This document shows, piece after piece, positions 1 to 12,910 of a DNA stretch of 64,000 bases. Source of the DNA: the human T2T-CHM13v2.0 reference genome, Homo sapiens; the NCBI RefSeq assembly GCF_009914755.1, contig NC_060933.1; one strand, given 5' to 3'. The notes beneath the pieces were generated by a model that was given only the letters and a program-made list of their open reading frames with translations, had not been told where the DNA came from and searched no databases. The stretch's first letter is position 1, and the number at the start of each line of letters is the position of its first letter. The position numbers and the translations under genes were made by a program.

Positions 1-411
1 CAGAGGCTGTGGACAAAGTGGCTTTGGTGGCATGAGAGGGACAAGGCTGGTTTGGGTGATTCAGTGCAGTCAGGCCTGGGAGGAGTCTTCAGGGAAGAAA
101 GGTGGAGAAATGGGGCAGTAGCTGGAGGAGATTGTTGCCATGCCTTGACGTGGGAGGCATGAGAGGGAGGGCAGGGGACACAGGAGTAGGGGAAAGGCCC
201 TAGCGACCCGGTGCTCAAGGATGGGTTGGCCCAGGGTGAGCCATCGGGGCAAGGGGGAGAGACTAGGCAGATCAGGGTGGGCAGATGTGGGGCCAAGAAG
301 AGCGAGCTTCTCATTGCTTCATCTTCTCAGTTTGATGAGAAGCAAGAGAGCACACTGAGAGGGAGGGGCCTGGGCTGGGGGAGTGGAGGCCAGAGGAGAG
401 AGAAGGGGTGA

Positions 412-890
412 CGTGGTGCGGTCACTAAAGAATACTCCCAAAGACATCCATATCCTCATCCCTGGAACCTGTGAATGTGTTATCTTACATGGCGTAGGGG
501 ACTTTGCAACTGGAGTTGAGTGGAGACTCTTGAGATGGGAGATTATTCTGGAGTATCTCAAAAGGCCCAGTGTCATCACAAAGTTTTTTATAAGGGAAGG
601 CAGGAGGCAGAAGGGTCAGAGTCAGAGGAGGAGATATGACAACAGACACAGAGGTCACACTGATAGCTTTGAAGATGGAGAAAGAGACCATGAGCCCAGG
701 AGTGTGGGCGGCCTCTAGAAGTTGGAAAAGGAAATTGAATCTCCTCTAGAGCCTCCAGAAAAAAACCCAGCTCTGATGACACCTTGATTTTAGACTTTTG
801 CCCTCTAGAACTGCAAGATAATAGACATCTGTGGTCTCAGCCGCCCAGTTTGTGGGGATTTGCTCCTGCAGCCCTGGCAAATTCATGCCC
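412..890 (+). mobile_element. MLT1 MaLR solo LTR
   Basis: Characteristic ccctggaacctgtgaatgt...ctagaactgcaagataa motifs. Confidence 0.8.
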
Positions 891-2234
891 GGGGTCTTCT
901 TGGGAGTGGAAAGTGCCTTCGCTGTCTCAGATCCACCCCTCAGTGCTTCCCTACTCGGAGTGCCCACCCAGCTTGTTTGAGGGCAAGAGGAGGCCTGGTC
1001 CTCCGGGCAATGGTCCCTGACTACTCCAGGCCTCAGTGATCCATGCAGATGAACCACCTGCTTGCCAACATCACGCTTGATTCTGGGCCAGTCTGGGAGA
1101 GACGGGAAGGACTCCAAGGGTCTCCTGGCCCTGACCCTTGGGAGCTCCGAGTACGCAGAGGAAGTCCCAACATTAATGTACCCCATGCAAACTAGGCTGT
1201 GGTTTGCACTACTGTGGAGACAGAGGAAGCCACGTGTAACTGGTGGGCCTGGTGGTGAATTCCACATTGGGTGAAAGGGCAGGTCCGAGATAGGCCCAGA
1301 AGAATGAGTACAACTCAGATAGAGGAAAACAGACAAGGCCAGGAACATGGAAGCCAACACTTATTAAGCACCTGCTAAATGCCAGGCATGGTGCTACATT
1401 TCTACAGGAACCTTATGAAGTGGAGGCTGTTAGCAAGCCCACTGCACGGGTGAGAAAACTTAGCTAAGGTCACAGCACATGCAAGTGACAGAGTGAAGAC
1501 TGCAACCAGCTGTGTCCTGCTCGCAGTCTGAGCGCTGAGTCACCCTGCAGCTCTCTCTCTCCTCAAAGCTGTTTTTGCGTGCTCCATGCAGGGAAGAGAA
1601 GAGAGCCACAGGGTGGAGGCGGGGACCACAGCAGATGGCTCAGCAGGAGATGAATCCAGATGGAATCTCACAGACAGGCAGTGGTGGCTGAAAGGCTCAG
1701 GAGATGTCCACCTCAGTGGTGTCCTTGGCCTGGGCAAGGAACTAGAGGAGGGGCAGGGCTGAGGGCACTGTGGAATGTCCAGCAGGTAGGCAAAGTGTGC
1801 TGGCCCTGAGGCTCCAGGGGCATGACCTTTGCAAGAGAGGCTGGTGGGGAACAAGGCTGGAAGGGAGCTGGACTAAGGACTTGTTGGCTGAGCCCCACCA
1901 GGGCTGGGCATTGGGCAGGCTCCCTGCTCCCCCTGGGGTACAGATGACTCTGTGAGGAGAAGGGGCCAGGCCACAGCCAGAAAGGAGGAACAATGAAGTA
2001 TGTGGACGTGGACAGGAAACCAAGAAGCCTGGGGCTGGCTCCCGCTGGGCAGGCAGGTGGGCTGAGCTCCCTCCCACTACTCAGTTAGCTTGCCGGGCAA
2101 TATTGAAAACAGTGCTGCCAATGAGCCCTTCCCACGGGCCAGGGGGACTCAGGGCTCAGACTAGGGGGAAGGAAAGACCTGGTTCTAGTTTTCAATCTAT
2201 CATTTTGCTAGCATTGTGGTCTTTGCCAAACATA

Positions 2235-2660
2235 TCCATTTCCAAGGGCTTGCCATAACACACTGCCACCACCTTGGTGGCTTAGAAGCAACAGAAATGT
2301 ATTCTCTCACAGTTCTAGAGGCCACAAAACTGAAATCAGTGTGCTTCCAGGGACACACTACCTCCAAAGGCTCTAGGGGAAGACCCTCCCTTGGCTGTTC
2401 CAGCTTCTGGCGGCACAGGCATTCCTTGGCTTGTGGCGGCATCCCTCTCCTCTCCATGTCTTTCTGCACATGGCCATCTTCTCCATGTGTGTCTCTATGG
2501 CCTCTCCCCCTCTTTTAAGGACACCAGTCATTGAATTTAGGGCCCACCCTAAATCTAGGATGGGTTCATCTTGAGATTCTTAACTAATTACATCTGTAAA
2601 GATCCTACTTCCGAATAAGGTCACACTCTGAGGTTCCAAGTGGACGCCATCCTTCCAACC
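2235..2660 (-). mobile_element. MLT1 MaLR solo LTR
   Basis: tattctctcacagttctagaggc...ttagggcccaccctaaat motifs. Confidence 0.78.
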
Positions 2661-3019
2661 ACCTCATGGAGGAGGCCTTGGAATCCTCACGCAGCTGATG
2701 AGGACCCAGGCTCAGGAGGTGAAGAGAACATCCCAGGTCACAGGGCAGGCACATGTGGTGGAGCAATGTCTCTCATTCCAGGGTCCCAGCACTTTCCTCT
2801 CTGCCCTACAGTGGTGTCTATGCAAAAGCTCGGCCCACAGATGTCAGCTTAAGAGGCTACCACCTGTGGGAGAGGTTGTGGAGGCAGGGTTGGCCTTGGA
2901 GTCGCAACACCTGGGCCCAGGTTGTACTGCCTCACTTAGGCTAGCCACTTTTCCTCTCTGGGCCTCAATTTCCCCACCTATAAGATGGAACATTACAGAA
3001 GGTTGAAAAGGATTTTCAC

Positions 3020-3790
3020 ACCATGTATCTTACTGTGAACTTATGTCCGGAATACATAAAGAGCTCCTAGAAGAAAAAGACAGACAACCCAACAGAAAAA
3101 TGAGAGGAGAAAAAGAACTTGAAGGGAAACTTCATAAAGATATCCAATAATAATAAACATACAAAAAATTTTAAGCCAAAAACTACACACTCACCAAAAT
3201 GGCCAAAATCAGAAAAGATGGAAAGGAATAAAAGTTGGTGAGAAAAGAAGCTCTCATCCTCTGCTAGAGGGAAGGCGGTTTGCTATCCTCTGCCAAAGCT
3301 GAACACACAGACACATCTTTTTATCTAGCAATTCTACTCATAGGATTCTATGCAATAAAATATATTCATCTGTGTCCCAAAGACAAATACAAACATGTAC
3401 ATAGCACAGCTACTTATAATACCTCCAACTTGGAACCTACTCAAATACTTATCCAATGTAGAATTCAACTCACACAATAGCGCGCTGTCGAGCAGTGAGA
3501 AGAACACACCATAACAACGTGTAATAGTATGGACAAATCTCAGAAATACACTGTTAGGACACAAGAGAGTGCTGACTGTAAATTCCACTTACAGGAATTT
3601 CAGAATCTACGGTGTTAAAAGTGAAGGTGTTTGTTACCCTTGGGCGTTAGTGATAAGAAGGAGGCACATGGGTGCTTCTCGGGTGCTGGTAACATGTTGT
3701 ATCAGTGTGGGAAAGTTCACCAAACTATATACTTATTAATTATGTACTCTTGTGTATATATATTATGCTTTAATAAAAAGTTTAAAATAT
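3020..3790 (+). mobile_element. Ancient L1M 3' fragment
   Basis: Degenerate L1 ORF2 end and 3'UTR motifs with terminal aataaa. Confidence 0.6.
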
Positions 3791-4027
3791 ATTAAAAAAT
3801 GCTGTTTGAAGATCCTTCCAGCAGATGTTCCTGCTGAGATGCGCTGGGGAAGGGGCTAGTCTAGGGGAGACTTCTGAGGGATGGAGCCCAGGGAGGACAC
3901 TCAGAGGAGAGGAAACAGGAATTCCAAGGGACACCACAAAGAAAGCAGAGGCAACACAGAGACCCGTCCCAAGGGAAACTGAGGCCAAGAGAATATGCAA
4001 AGGAAGAGAGGAAATGACCGTACTCAC

Positions 4028-4195
4028 TTTGCAGATGGACTTTCCTGTCGAGAAGTCCCCCCCCACACAGCATCTCCTCGTGCAAAGCTTAGGTCTCGCC
4101 TTTGCCAGTTCTTTGCCCATATAAGGTATTACAGAGTGTGTTCTCAATGAGGCCCACCTTGCCCTCCTGGAGATAGAAGGGTGGTGACAGTTGCA
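4028..4195 (-). pseudogene. PRSS47P: PRSS47P exon 5 with premature stop and +1 frameshift
   Basis: Reads QLSPPFYLQEGKVGLIENTLCNTLYGQRTGKGET*ALHEEMLCGG, then a G8 run shifts the frame to DFSTGKSICK; AAA|gtgagt donor. Length is 168 nt where the phases require 167. Confidence 0.9.
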
Positions 4196-4529
4196 CTGAA
4201 TAGATAAGGGGGAGATCAATGACATGTCCTGTAGGTTAACTAAGAAAGTTCAGGCTACTCTGAGCCCCTACTCTGTCTGACTGCTAACCACAACCCCCCA
4301 AACATAGGTTTTCTCAGAACTGCTGAGCTTTAACTGCTGCTTCACTCTACTACCCATCCTTGATAAGCTTCTCTTCTTTTTCTCAAACCTTTGCACATAG
4401 TCATCCTATTCCCTCTACCTCTCTCATAGCAATAGATCACACCTCTCTTATTCTACAAGAGGCAAATCCCACCAACACATGACTCATTTATTGGAACTTA
4501 GCAACTATTCACTGACCAACTTACTCTTT

Positions 4530-5035
4530 CATGAACCATCCCATCCATTCTCCCTCCATCTATCACTAACCTTTCTTCTCCACCCATCATCCCATCCACT
4601 CACTCACCCATTCCTCCATCTACCTATCTTCCCACACCTACCCATTCATCCACTCACTTTCCAGATATTTGCCCATCCATCCATCCTTGCAGCCATCTCT
4701 CCATCGAGCCCTCCATCTCTCACCCACCTATCCTCCTCTCCACCTACTGACACATCCACCCACTGACACATCCACCCACTCCATCTGTCCACCCCTCACC
4801 AATCCTTCTATCTACACATCTATCCAAACATCCATCTACCAACTCAAATATCATCCATCAATCCATCCATCCATCCACTCATCCCTCCACTTATCCTTCC
4901 ATCCATGCAGTCACCCATCATTCTAGCCATCCATTATCCATCCATTTATCCATTCATCCATCCATCCATCCATCCATCCATCCATCCATCCATCCATTCA
5001 CTAACACAATCACTGATCTATTCACTCATCTATTC
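4530..5035. repeat. Degenerate (CCAT)n microsatellite / low-complexity tract
   Basis: Pure (catc)n at about 4950-5000, flanked by decayed copies. Confidence 0.9.
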
Positions 5036-5477
5036 AGCTATCCTGGTGCTGTCTTTTACATGCTAATGATATAGATAATTTTTAGTAGAAAGTGACAGAT
5101 TATATGAAATAATAAATTAAAAAATATTTTAGATTAAGTGATATGAAGAAAATAAAACAGGAAGATGTGATAGAGGGGGTTGCCTATTTTAGCTCACATG
5201 ATTAAGTAAAACCAAGAAAAAAAACTGAATAGTAAATGTAAAGAAGTGACTCCTGCAAAGATGAGAATGACAAGCAAGCTAAGAAAAAAAAAAAACAGCA
5301 GCTAAAGGCCCCGAGATAGAAATAGCCTTGAGATGTTCAAAGAGTACCCAGGAGGCCCAAGAGGATGGGGTGGGGTATGTGAAGGCTGCAGTAAAAGATG
5401 GGGTATGTAATGGCTGCAGTGAAATATGAAGAATGGAAAGGGTGCATTGGAAGGTGGGATGTGTCATGACTGGAGCA

Positions 5478-5725
5478 GGAGATGGGGGATGTGAAGGGTG
5501 CGGTGGGAGGTGGGGGATGTGAAGGGTGTGGTGGGAGGTGGGGGATGTGAAGGGTGCGGTGGGAGGTGGGGGATGTGAAGGGTGCGGTGGGAGGTGGGGG
5601 ATGTGAAGGGTGCGGTGGGAGGTGGGGGATGTGAAGGGTGCTGTGGGAGATGGGGGATGTGAAGGGTGTGGTGGGAGGTGGGGGATGGGAAGGGCGCGGT
5701 GGGAGGTGGGGGATGGGAAGGGTGC
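5478..5725. repeat. 28-bp G-rich minisatellite, about 8-9 copies
   Basis: Unit gggggatgtgaagggtgcggtgggaggt repeated with few substitutions. Confidence 0.93.
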
Positions 5726-6444
5726 TGGAATTGCAGGCATGAGCCACCACGCCTGGCCATGTGTCTGGATTTCATTTTGCACAAATGAGAAGTTACTGTA
5801 GAATACTGAACCGGGAAGTGACATGACTAATATTTAAAGTAACACTCCGACACCCACATGGAGCCTACAGTGGGGGCACAGAAGAATGGAAGCTGGGTGA
5901 CCAGTTCCGAAGCTACAGGCAAGAAATGGTGGTCTATCAGTGTCATGCAGCACGGTGGTACCAGCCCAGGAGCACCGTTTGGGATATTAAAACAAGTATA
6001 TGTTGCCTCTACCCTCAAGGTATAACCAGATGTATGTGTGAATGCTGGGGACCAGCCAGCAGATGATCAGGGAGAATCCCCTCCATCTGGCAGTCAAAGG
6101 CCATGGATGCTAGCAGAGCCCCACTCAGTGAAGACATATTCTATCAAAAATACGTACAGCACCTCTGTTGAGAAATGCTAACCCTACACATAATTAAATA
6201 TATGTTCTTCCTTTTTCCCTTAACATCATACCATAAGCATTTCCCTAAACTGTAAACACTCCTTTCTTCAATAAACACTCTTGTGTATAAATCTTTGCTT
6301 ACATTTCTTTCCTACTCATCTAACGATGAAAACACACACAACTCTCTCCTCTGTTATTCAGTCACGTAACAAGACTGTGAAGTAGATGAATGACCCAGGT
6401 TAGGATAAGAGCAACATGAGGTTCAGAGAAGGTCAAGAGTTCTA

Positions 6445-6983
<539 letters not shown>

Positions 6984-7248
6984 TCAAAGAACCCAGATTC
7001 TGGATTCTCAAAAGTTAAAGATTCCCAGACTTTCAGAGCCTGGGACTCAGGGAACTCTAAAGCTATGGGATCACAAACTTTCAGAAGTAGAAAGGCCCCA
7101 GCGTGGTGGTCCTCACCTTACCGGTCATGGAAATGAGGCACAGAGGGCCAAGTCCAGTGGCTTCCTCTTTGCCTGGCTAAGCCATCCTTCCTTCTTCCCC
7201 TCTGCCTCCCTCTCCTTCCCCTCCCTCATCCTCCCGCCTCTCCCACAC

Positions 7249-7535
7249 CCCTCTTATGGTCTTCGGTGAGCATTCCCCAGCCGGTTATCCAACAGGACAC
7301 GTTACTGGGCAGCTGCATGTCCCGGGATGGGAGGCAGACAGGGACAATGTAGGAAGTGAAGTTCATAGGCAGGTGCAGCTGCAACATGGCAATGTCACTC
7401 CCAAAGGGGTGGAGCTTCTCAAAGTCTGGATGGGTGATGATCCGGTGCACAGACATCTTCTGGGTGTGCTGGGTTTGATGATACAGTTGGATGTTTCCCA
7501 ACAGAACCTGATAGTTCTTCGGGGCCTGGGATTTG
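7249..7535 (-). pseudogene. PRSS47P: PRSS47P Asp102 exon
   Basis: ctccag| acceptor; encodes IITHPDF...SDIAMLQL...PVCLP...CWITGWG. The expected donor reads C|ataaga (7258/7257), with a cryptic G|gtgtgg at 7249. Confidence 0.92.
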
Positions 7536-9024
7536 CTGGAGGAGGAAGGGCCCATTTTTACCATTCTCTGAGAGTGCGGGGCAGCACTCTCTTTTTACAT
7601 CCACTTGTAACTGCCCACACACCTCTGGGTCCTTCTCCCCTGACATGATTCTAGGCAGCTTTGTATCCCCCTTTCTGACAGTCAGGAGCTCTTTTTTTTT
7701 TTTTGAGGCTAATGGCTATTCTACTCACAACCTCAGGACATATGGCTTCCCCAGCACACCCTTGAATCAGAGGAGCAGAGAATCCTAGTGCCAGGAAAGT
7801 CCTTGACAGAGTCATCAAATCCAGCCCTTTTATTTTACACAAGAGGAGCTCTGGCTTAATTCTGGCTCCAGCCTGATCCTTCCGAAGGCTACCTATGACC
7901 TGCTTCCTGGCCTAACCACCTTTCCTGCTCTCCCCAAGGGTGTCTTCCCCACTGTTGTAAGCACTCATAAAGGATTTGTTCAATGCCCAGATGAGTGCAT
8001 GAAACTGATGCTCTTCTTGTTCCTGAACACAAGTAATGAAACTTCTGACCTTTGTGACTTTGTTCACATGGGTCAGCTGCCAGGAAACCCCTCGCCACAC
8101 TCCCCATACCAAAGCCTCCCCTCTGGCAATCCCCTGCAGCTCCTCATCCTCCCTCAAGACTACAGCATCTCTCTGGATGACCCTGCCTCGGGTCAGCTCT
8201 TCTCACTCACTCTGGGCTTTCTCTCCTGCATCCTGCTTGTTGGAGCTTGTGCCTCGCCTTCCCATAGAGACACCTTCACTTGGGGTCTTGCCACACTCTG
8301 TGCCATAGAGGGTCTTGGGTGGTGTGACACCCAGGAGATGCTCACGGTGCCCAATAGTTGGAGTCTCAAAGCCACTAGGTGCCCAAGCTGACTCCATACC
8401 TGGACTGTGATGCCTTCCTCTCCCTCTGGGTCCCTCCATGACTGTTCAGAAGCTGGGCACTGAGTCAGGCTCAGGAGGGCCAGAGGAGTAGCACCCCTGA
8501 CTGTCCATGTCATTCTCCAGGGTCAGGGGGCCCCACTCTTCCCACCAATACATGCAGCCTGGCACAGCTCCTTCCAGGCATACAGTTTTACAGAAAAAAA
8601 GCATCGCCTGGCTGCTGGCTACCTGCAGAGTCCCCAGTCCCTGCCTGGAGTCTGACTCACAGGAGCATGGTGCACACTGAAGAGAAGCCCTGCAGGTGGC
8701 CAGCACAGACACTGCCAATGCTCTCACGCATGTCTGGGTTGAGCAGACAGACACAGGGGCCAGGGAACTCCCTGCCAGAGCTGAGGATGAAGGATGAGGA
8801 GGTTCTGGGCAGATGGAGGGACAGTGGGTGGAGAGTGGGGAGGACAGTCCTGGTGGAGGGGACTACGGGTCAACGGCAGGCACTGCATCAGTTTGGTGGC
8901 AGCAGACTTCCCCAGAGCAAAGCCCAGAGGAGAAAGACATAACCCCCCCAGCCCCCTAACCCTCGTCCCTTGCATCTTCCTCCCCATCAGCCCCTCTGCT
9001 GGGGCCCAGGGAGGGAGGACTCAC

Positions 9025-9209
9025 TTGAGAAAGCAGTGGGTAGTTGATACCAGCCAGCAGGAGTCGATGAGGACAGCTCCACAGAGGTGCGAGCCCCAGT
9101 AGAGCAGGCTGGCCTGCCATGGCCACTGGCCAGCTGCTGCGTCCCGGCCACCATAGATCTTCCCCACCACCTTAGGCTTCCCACACACTGTGGAGACACC
9201 CCGGTCCAC
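9025..9209 (-). pseudogene. PRSS47P: PRSS47P activation-site/His57 exon (alternative acceptor at 9187)
   Basis: Encodes [54 protein letters not shown]; AA|gtgagt donor. Confidence 0.92.
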
Positions 9210-10003
9210 CTGTTAGAGACACTAGTGGTGCCCATGAATGCCACCCCAGTGAGGCCTCTGCTCTCTTCACAGATGGGAAAACCAAGGCCAAAGAATAGGT
9301 GACCTGGCCAAAATGACTGAGGGCTACTCCAGCATCTGCCTTCTATGGCCACTAGCAGGACCAGATGACAGAGTACAATTGAGCAGGCTCTGTGGGAATG
9401 AGGGACCAGGGGTCTGGCAGGCAGGGCAAGGCTGACCCAGGGTGGCCACAGCAGCTCATCCGGACCTGCCAAGGACTGGTGGACTGGAATCCAGCCCTGG
9501 GACTTTACTTCCCTCCATCAGAACACCTGCATGCCTACTTTGCAGATCAAAGAACTGAAGGTCTCGGGGGTGTCCAAGTGGCTGTGCCCACCCCCGCACC
9601 TCACTCCAGTATCCCAGGGAGAGAGATTCTCAGGCAGGAGTCTGTTGTGCTGTGTGACTTGGGGAAACTTGCTCCCTCTCTCTGATTCTTGATCTTCTAT
9701 TTTTAGAAGGTGAGAGGGGGTGGGGCTGATGTGGACAGCCTTGGTTCTGAGACTCACAGCTGGGAGGGGGAGCTGCGGGCCTGGACCCCTGAGGGGCAGT
9801 GTCCTGATCCCTGGCCTACGCTTCCAGGCCTCAACAAGGGGACATGAGACCCCAGGGCCCACCCCACTCCCGGGGCCCAGCAGCAGTCCCGGTGCTGTCT
9901 CCCTCCACCCAGCCCCGGCACCAGGCACCAGGCCCTGGCACCCCGTCCAGTTTCGTGGGCCCCACACCCAGTCCTGGGACCAAGAGCGGGAAGCCTGACC
10001 CAC

Positions 10004-10034
10004 CTTGCTTGATGTCGTCTCTGGAGCCACCTGG
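10004..10034 (-). pseudogene. PRSS47P: PRSS47P mini-exon 2 with tandem acceptors (10034 and 10030)
   Basis: Long pyrimidine tract then cag|CCAG|GTGG; AAG|gtgggt donor. Confidence 0.6.
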
Positions 10035-10059
10035 CTGGGAGGGAAGGAGAGAGAGACAA

Positions 10060-10720
10060 CGGATTCGGGTGACTTCCGGCCCTGGCACCAGGCCCAGAGC
10101 CCCGGCCTTCTCCCCACCGCCTCTAGCCTGCAGTTCCCCCATCTCTCCGCAGACGCCTGCCTCTCCCGGACACTCCTTACCTCATCTGGTCTTGCCGAGC
10201 CCTCGACCCCCTGCCCCCGTGGCCCAGTGGCCCCCTCAAATGCCCCCTGCCCCCTGCCCTCTGCCTCCGAGGCCGGCTCGGCCCCACACCCTCTGCTTCA
10301 AACGGACCTTGGGCTCTGGCTGCGGGCTCCCGGCCCTGCTGCGCCCCCAAGCTCTCTCTGGCCTCCCCCGGAGCCTGCGAGGGGCTGGCGGCGCGGGACT
10401 GTGGGGCAGGGGCGGCCTCTGGGCTCAGGAGCAGCAGCGGCAGCAGAGACCAGAGCAGGGGCCCCGGCTGGGCTCTGGTCCGCGTTGACCCCACACCCAT
10501 CATCGCCTGACACGAGGACAGAAGGAAGGGGAACTGGAGCTGACCCTGACCCCCGAAACAGGCGGTGACTCCTGGCCCTGACTCCTGGGAAACAGGTCCT
10601 GACCTCGCCCTGACCCCAGCCCCAGACAGGCGCTGAACCCGTCCCTAACCCCCTCCCAAGACAGCCCCTGACCCCGCCCTGACCCTCCCCATGTCCGACC
10701 CCTGAGACCCAGGAAGCAGT
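10060..10720. promoter_or_regulatory. CpG-rich island / probable promoter of PRSS47P
   Basis: Visibly high GC and CpG content and GC boxes (ggggcgg, ccccgccc), spanning the putative exon 1. Confidence 0.6.
10181..10503 (-). pseudogene. PRSS47P: PRSS47P putative exon 1 with signal peptide
   Basis: ATG at 10503, hydrophobic LLWSLLPLLLLSPEAAP, and a strong GAG|gtaagg donor at 10181/10180, all within a CpG-rich region. Confidence 0.6.
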
Positions 10721-10966
10721 CTTTTGCCAAAGAATTCCTTAGGCAGCGGCAGGTTCCAGAACAAAGGAGAGGGTGAAAGCTGCGGGGAGCCTGTCAATCC
10801 TTCTTTCCACTACAGAGCCAGGTGTCTGGGAGGACCTATGGTGCGCTGCCTAGCCCACCGAATGAGGCAGGGACAGAAGGCGCTATGGCTGTAGGTTGCC
10901 GTCACTGGGCCAGTGTAGCCATCACCTGGCCCGGCTGTGAGGCCCCATAGGCAGCTGTCCATCTAC

Positions 10967-11086
10967 AGTGTCTGGCAGGTTTTTGCTGGTCAGCAGCTGA
11001 GCTAGTGCCAAGAAGGCCTCTTTCTCCTTGGGGAACATCAGCAGGACAACAGCGACCTGGCTCACACCCTGGCAGTAGCCCATGTC
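10967..11086 (-). pseudogene. TBC (Rab-GAP) Gln-finger exon remnant (DMGYCQGVSQVAVVLLMFPKEKEAFLALAQLLTSKNLPDT)
   Basis: actcttgcag| acceptor, GYCQG motif and EAFxALxQLL helix. Co-linear with recalled USP6NL [32 protein letters not shown]. Confidence 0.85.
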
Positions 11087-11243
11087 CTGCAAGAGTCAAA
11101 GTCACTGCGCTAGAACCTCACCTGGCAGGGCAGAGGTCACCTGGGAGGATAGACCTCACCTGAGAGATCTGAGGTCACCTGGGAGGCCTAAGGTCACCTG
11201 AGAGGCCCCCATCTCAGGCCTTGCAGGATTTGACACTAGGCAC

Positions 11244-11292
11244 CCTTCTCCTGACAGAATAAGCCCAAAGCACACAAAATAAAGCCTGCTGC
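11244..11292 (-). pseudogene. TBC (Rab-GAP) domain exon remnant, USP6NL/TBC1D3-like (QQALFCVLWAYSVRRR)
   Basis: tctcttttctag| acceptor, 49 nt, AGG|gt donor. Co-linear with recalled USP6NL QQSLFHVLAAYSIYNT. Confidence 0.8.
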
Positions 11293-11419
11293 CTAGAAAA
11301 GAGACAAAAGAATGTTGTGTTTGTTTTGTGCTAATGCTGTTTAATTTTGTAGCAAACCCTGACAATGCAACTGAGGCCCTTTTAAGATTGTCTGCCAAGT
11401 AAGTAGTGAGATCTTCAGG

Positions 11420-12450
<1,031 letters not shown>

Positions 12451-12626
12451 CCCCAGGCCCCGCCTTTTCCCTCCAGGCATCTGTGAAACGCACAGTGCAC
12501 ACCCAGCTGCTCTGGCCTGGCCCCCAGCCTCACCTCAGCACCATTTCCTGCTGCATCACTCTGGCTGCAGCTCAGCGGCTCTTTCCCCCTGGCCCTCTGT
12601 CCCCACCCCGCTCACTGTTCACTGGG

Positions 12627-12910
12627 TGATATGGTTTGGCTGAGACTGGATAATTTAATTCCATCTCAAATTGTAATCCCCATAGTCCCCATGTGTTGAG
12701 GGAGGGCCTGGTGAGAGGTGATTGGATTGTGGGAGTGGTGTCCCCCAGGCCTGTTGCCATGTAAGATGTGCCTGCTTCCCCTTCCGCCATGATAGTAAGT
12801 TTCCTAAGGCCTCCCCAGCCATGCAGAACTGAGTCAATTAAACCTCTTTCCTTTATAAATTACTCAGTCTCGTGTGGCGACTTTATAGCAGAGTGAAAAC
12901 TGACTAATAC
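12627..12910 (+). mobile_element. MST (MaLR) LTR
   Basis: tgatatggtttggct ... gactaataca termini. Confidence 0.85.

Noticed and set aside
746-1360. 204-aa minus-strand ORF as the missing GDSGGP exon of the protease
   Set aside because: It has no GDSGGP or other protease motif, partly overlaps an MLT1 LTR, and is a chance ORF.
5279-5824. Pro/His-rich repetitive ORFs in three frames; CRISPR-like periodicity
   Set aside because: These are products of the 28-bp minisatellite. There are no unique spacers, and the context is mammalian.
9518-10568. Long overlapping ORFs (199, 214 and 187 aa)
   Set aside because: Stop-codon scarcity in GC-rich DNA explains them; only the segments with splice support were kept.
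10902-11105. 67-aa ORF from the track over the TBC exon
   Set aside because: It is in the wrong frame; the meaningful TBC frame starts at 11086/11083.
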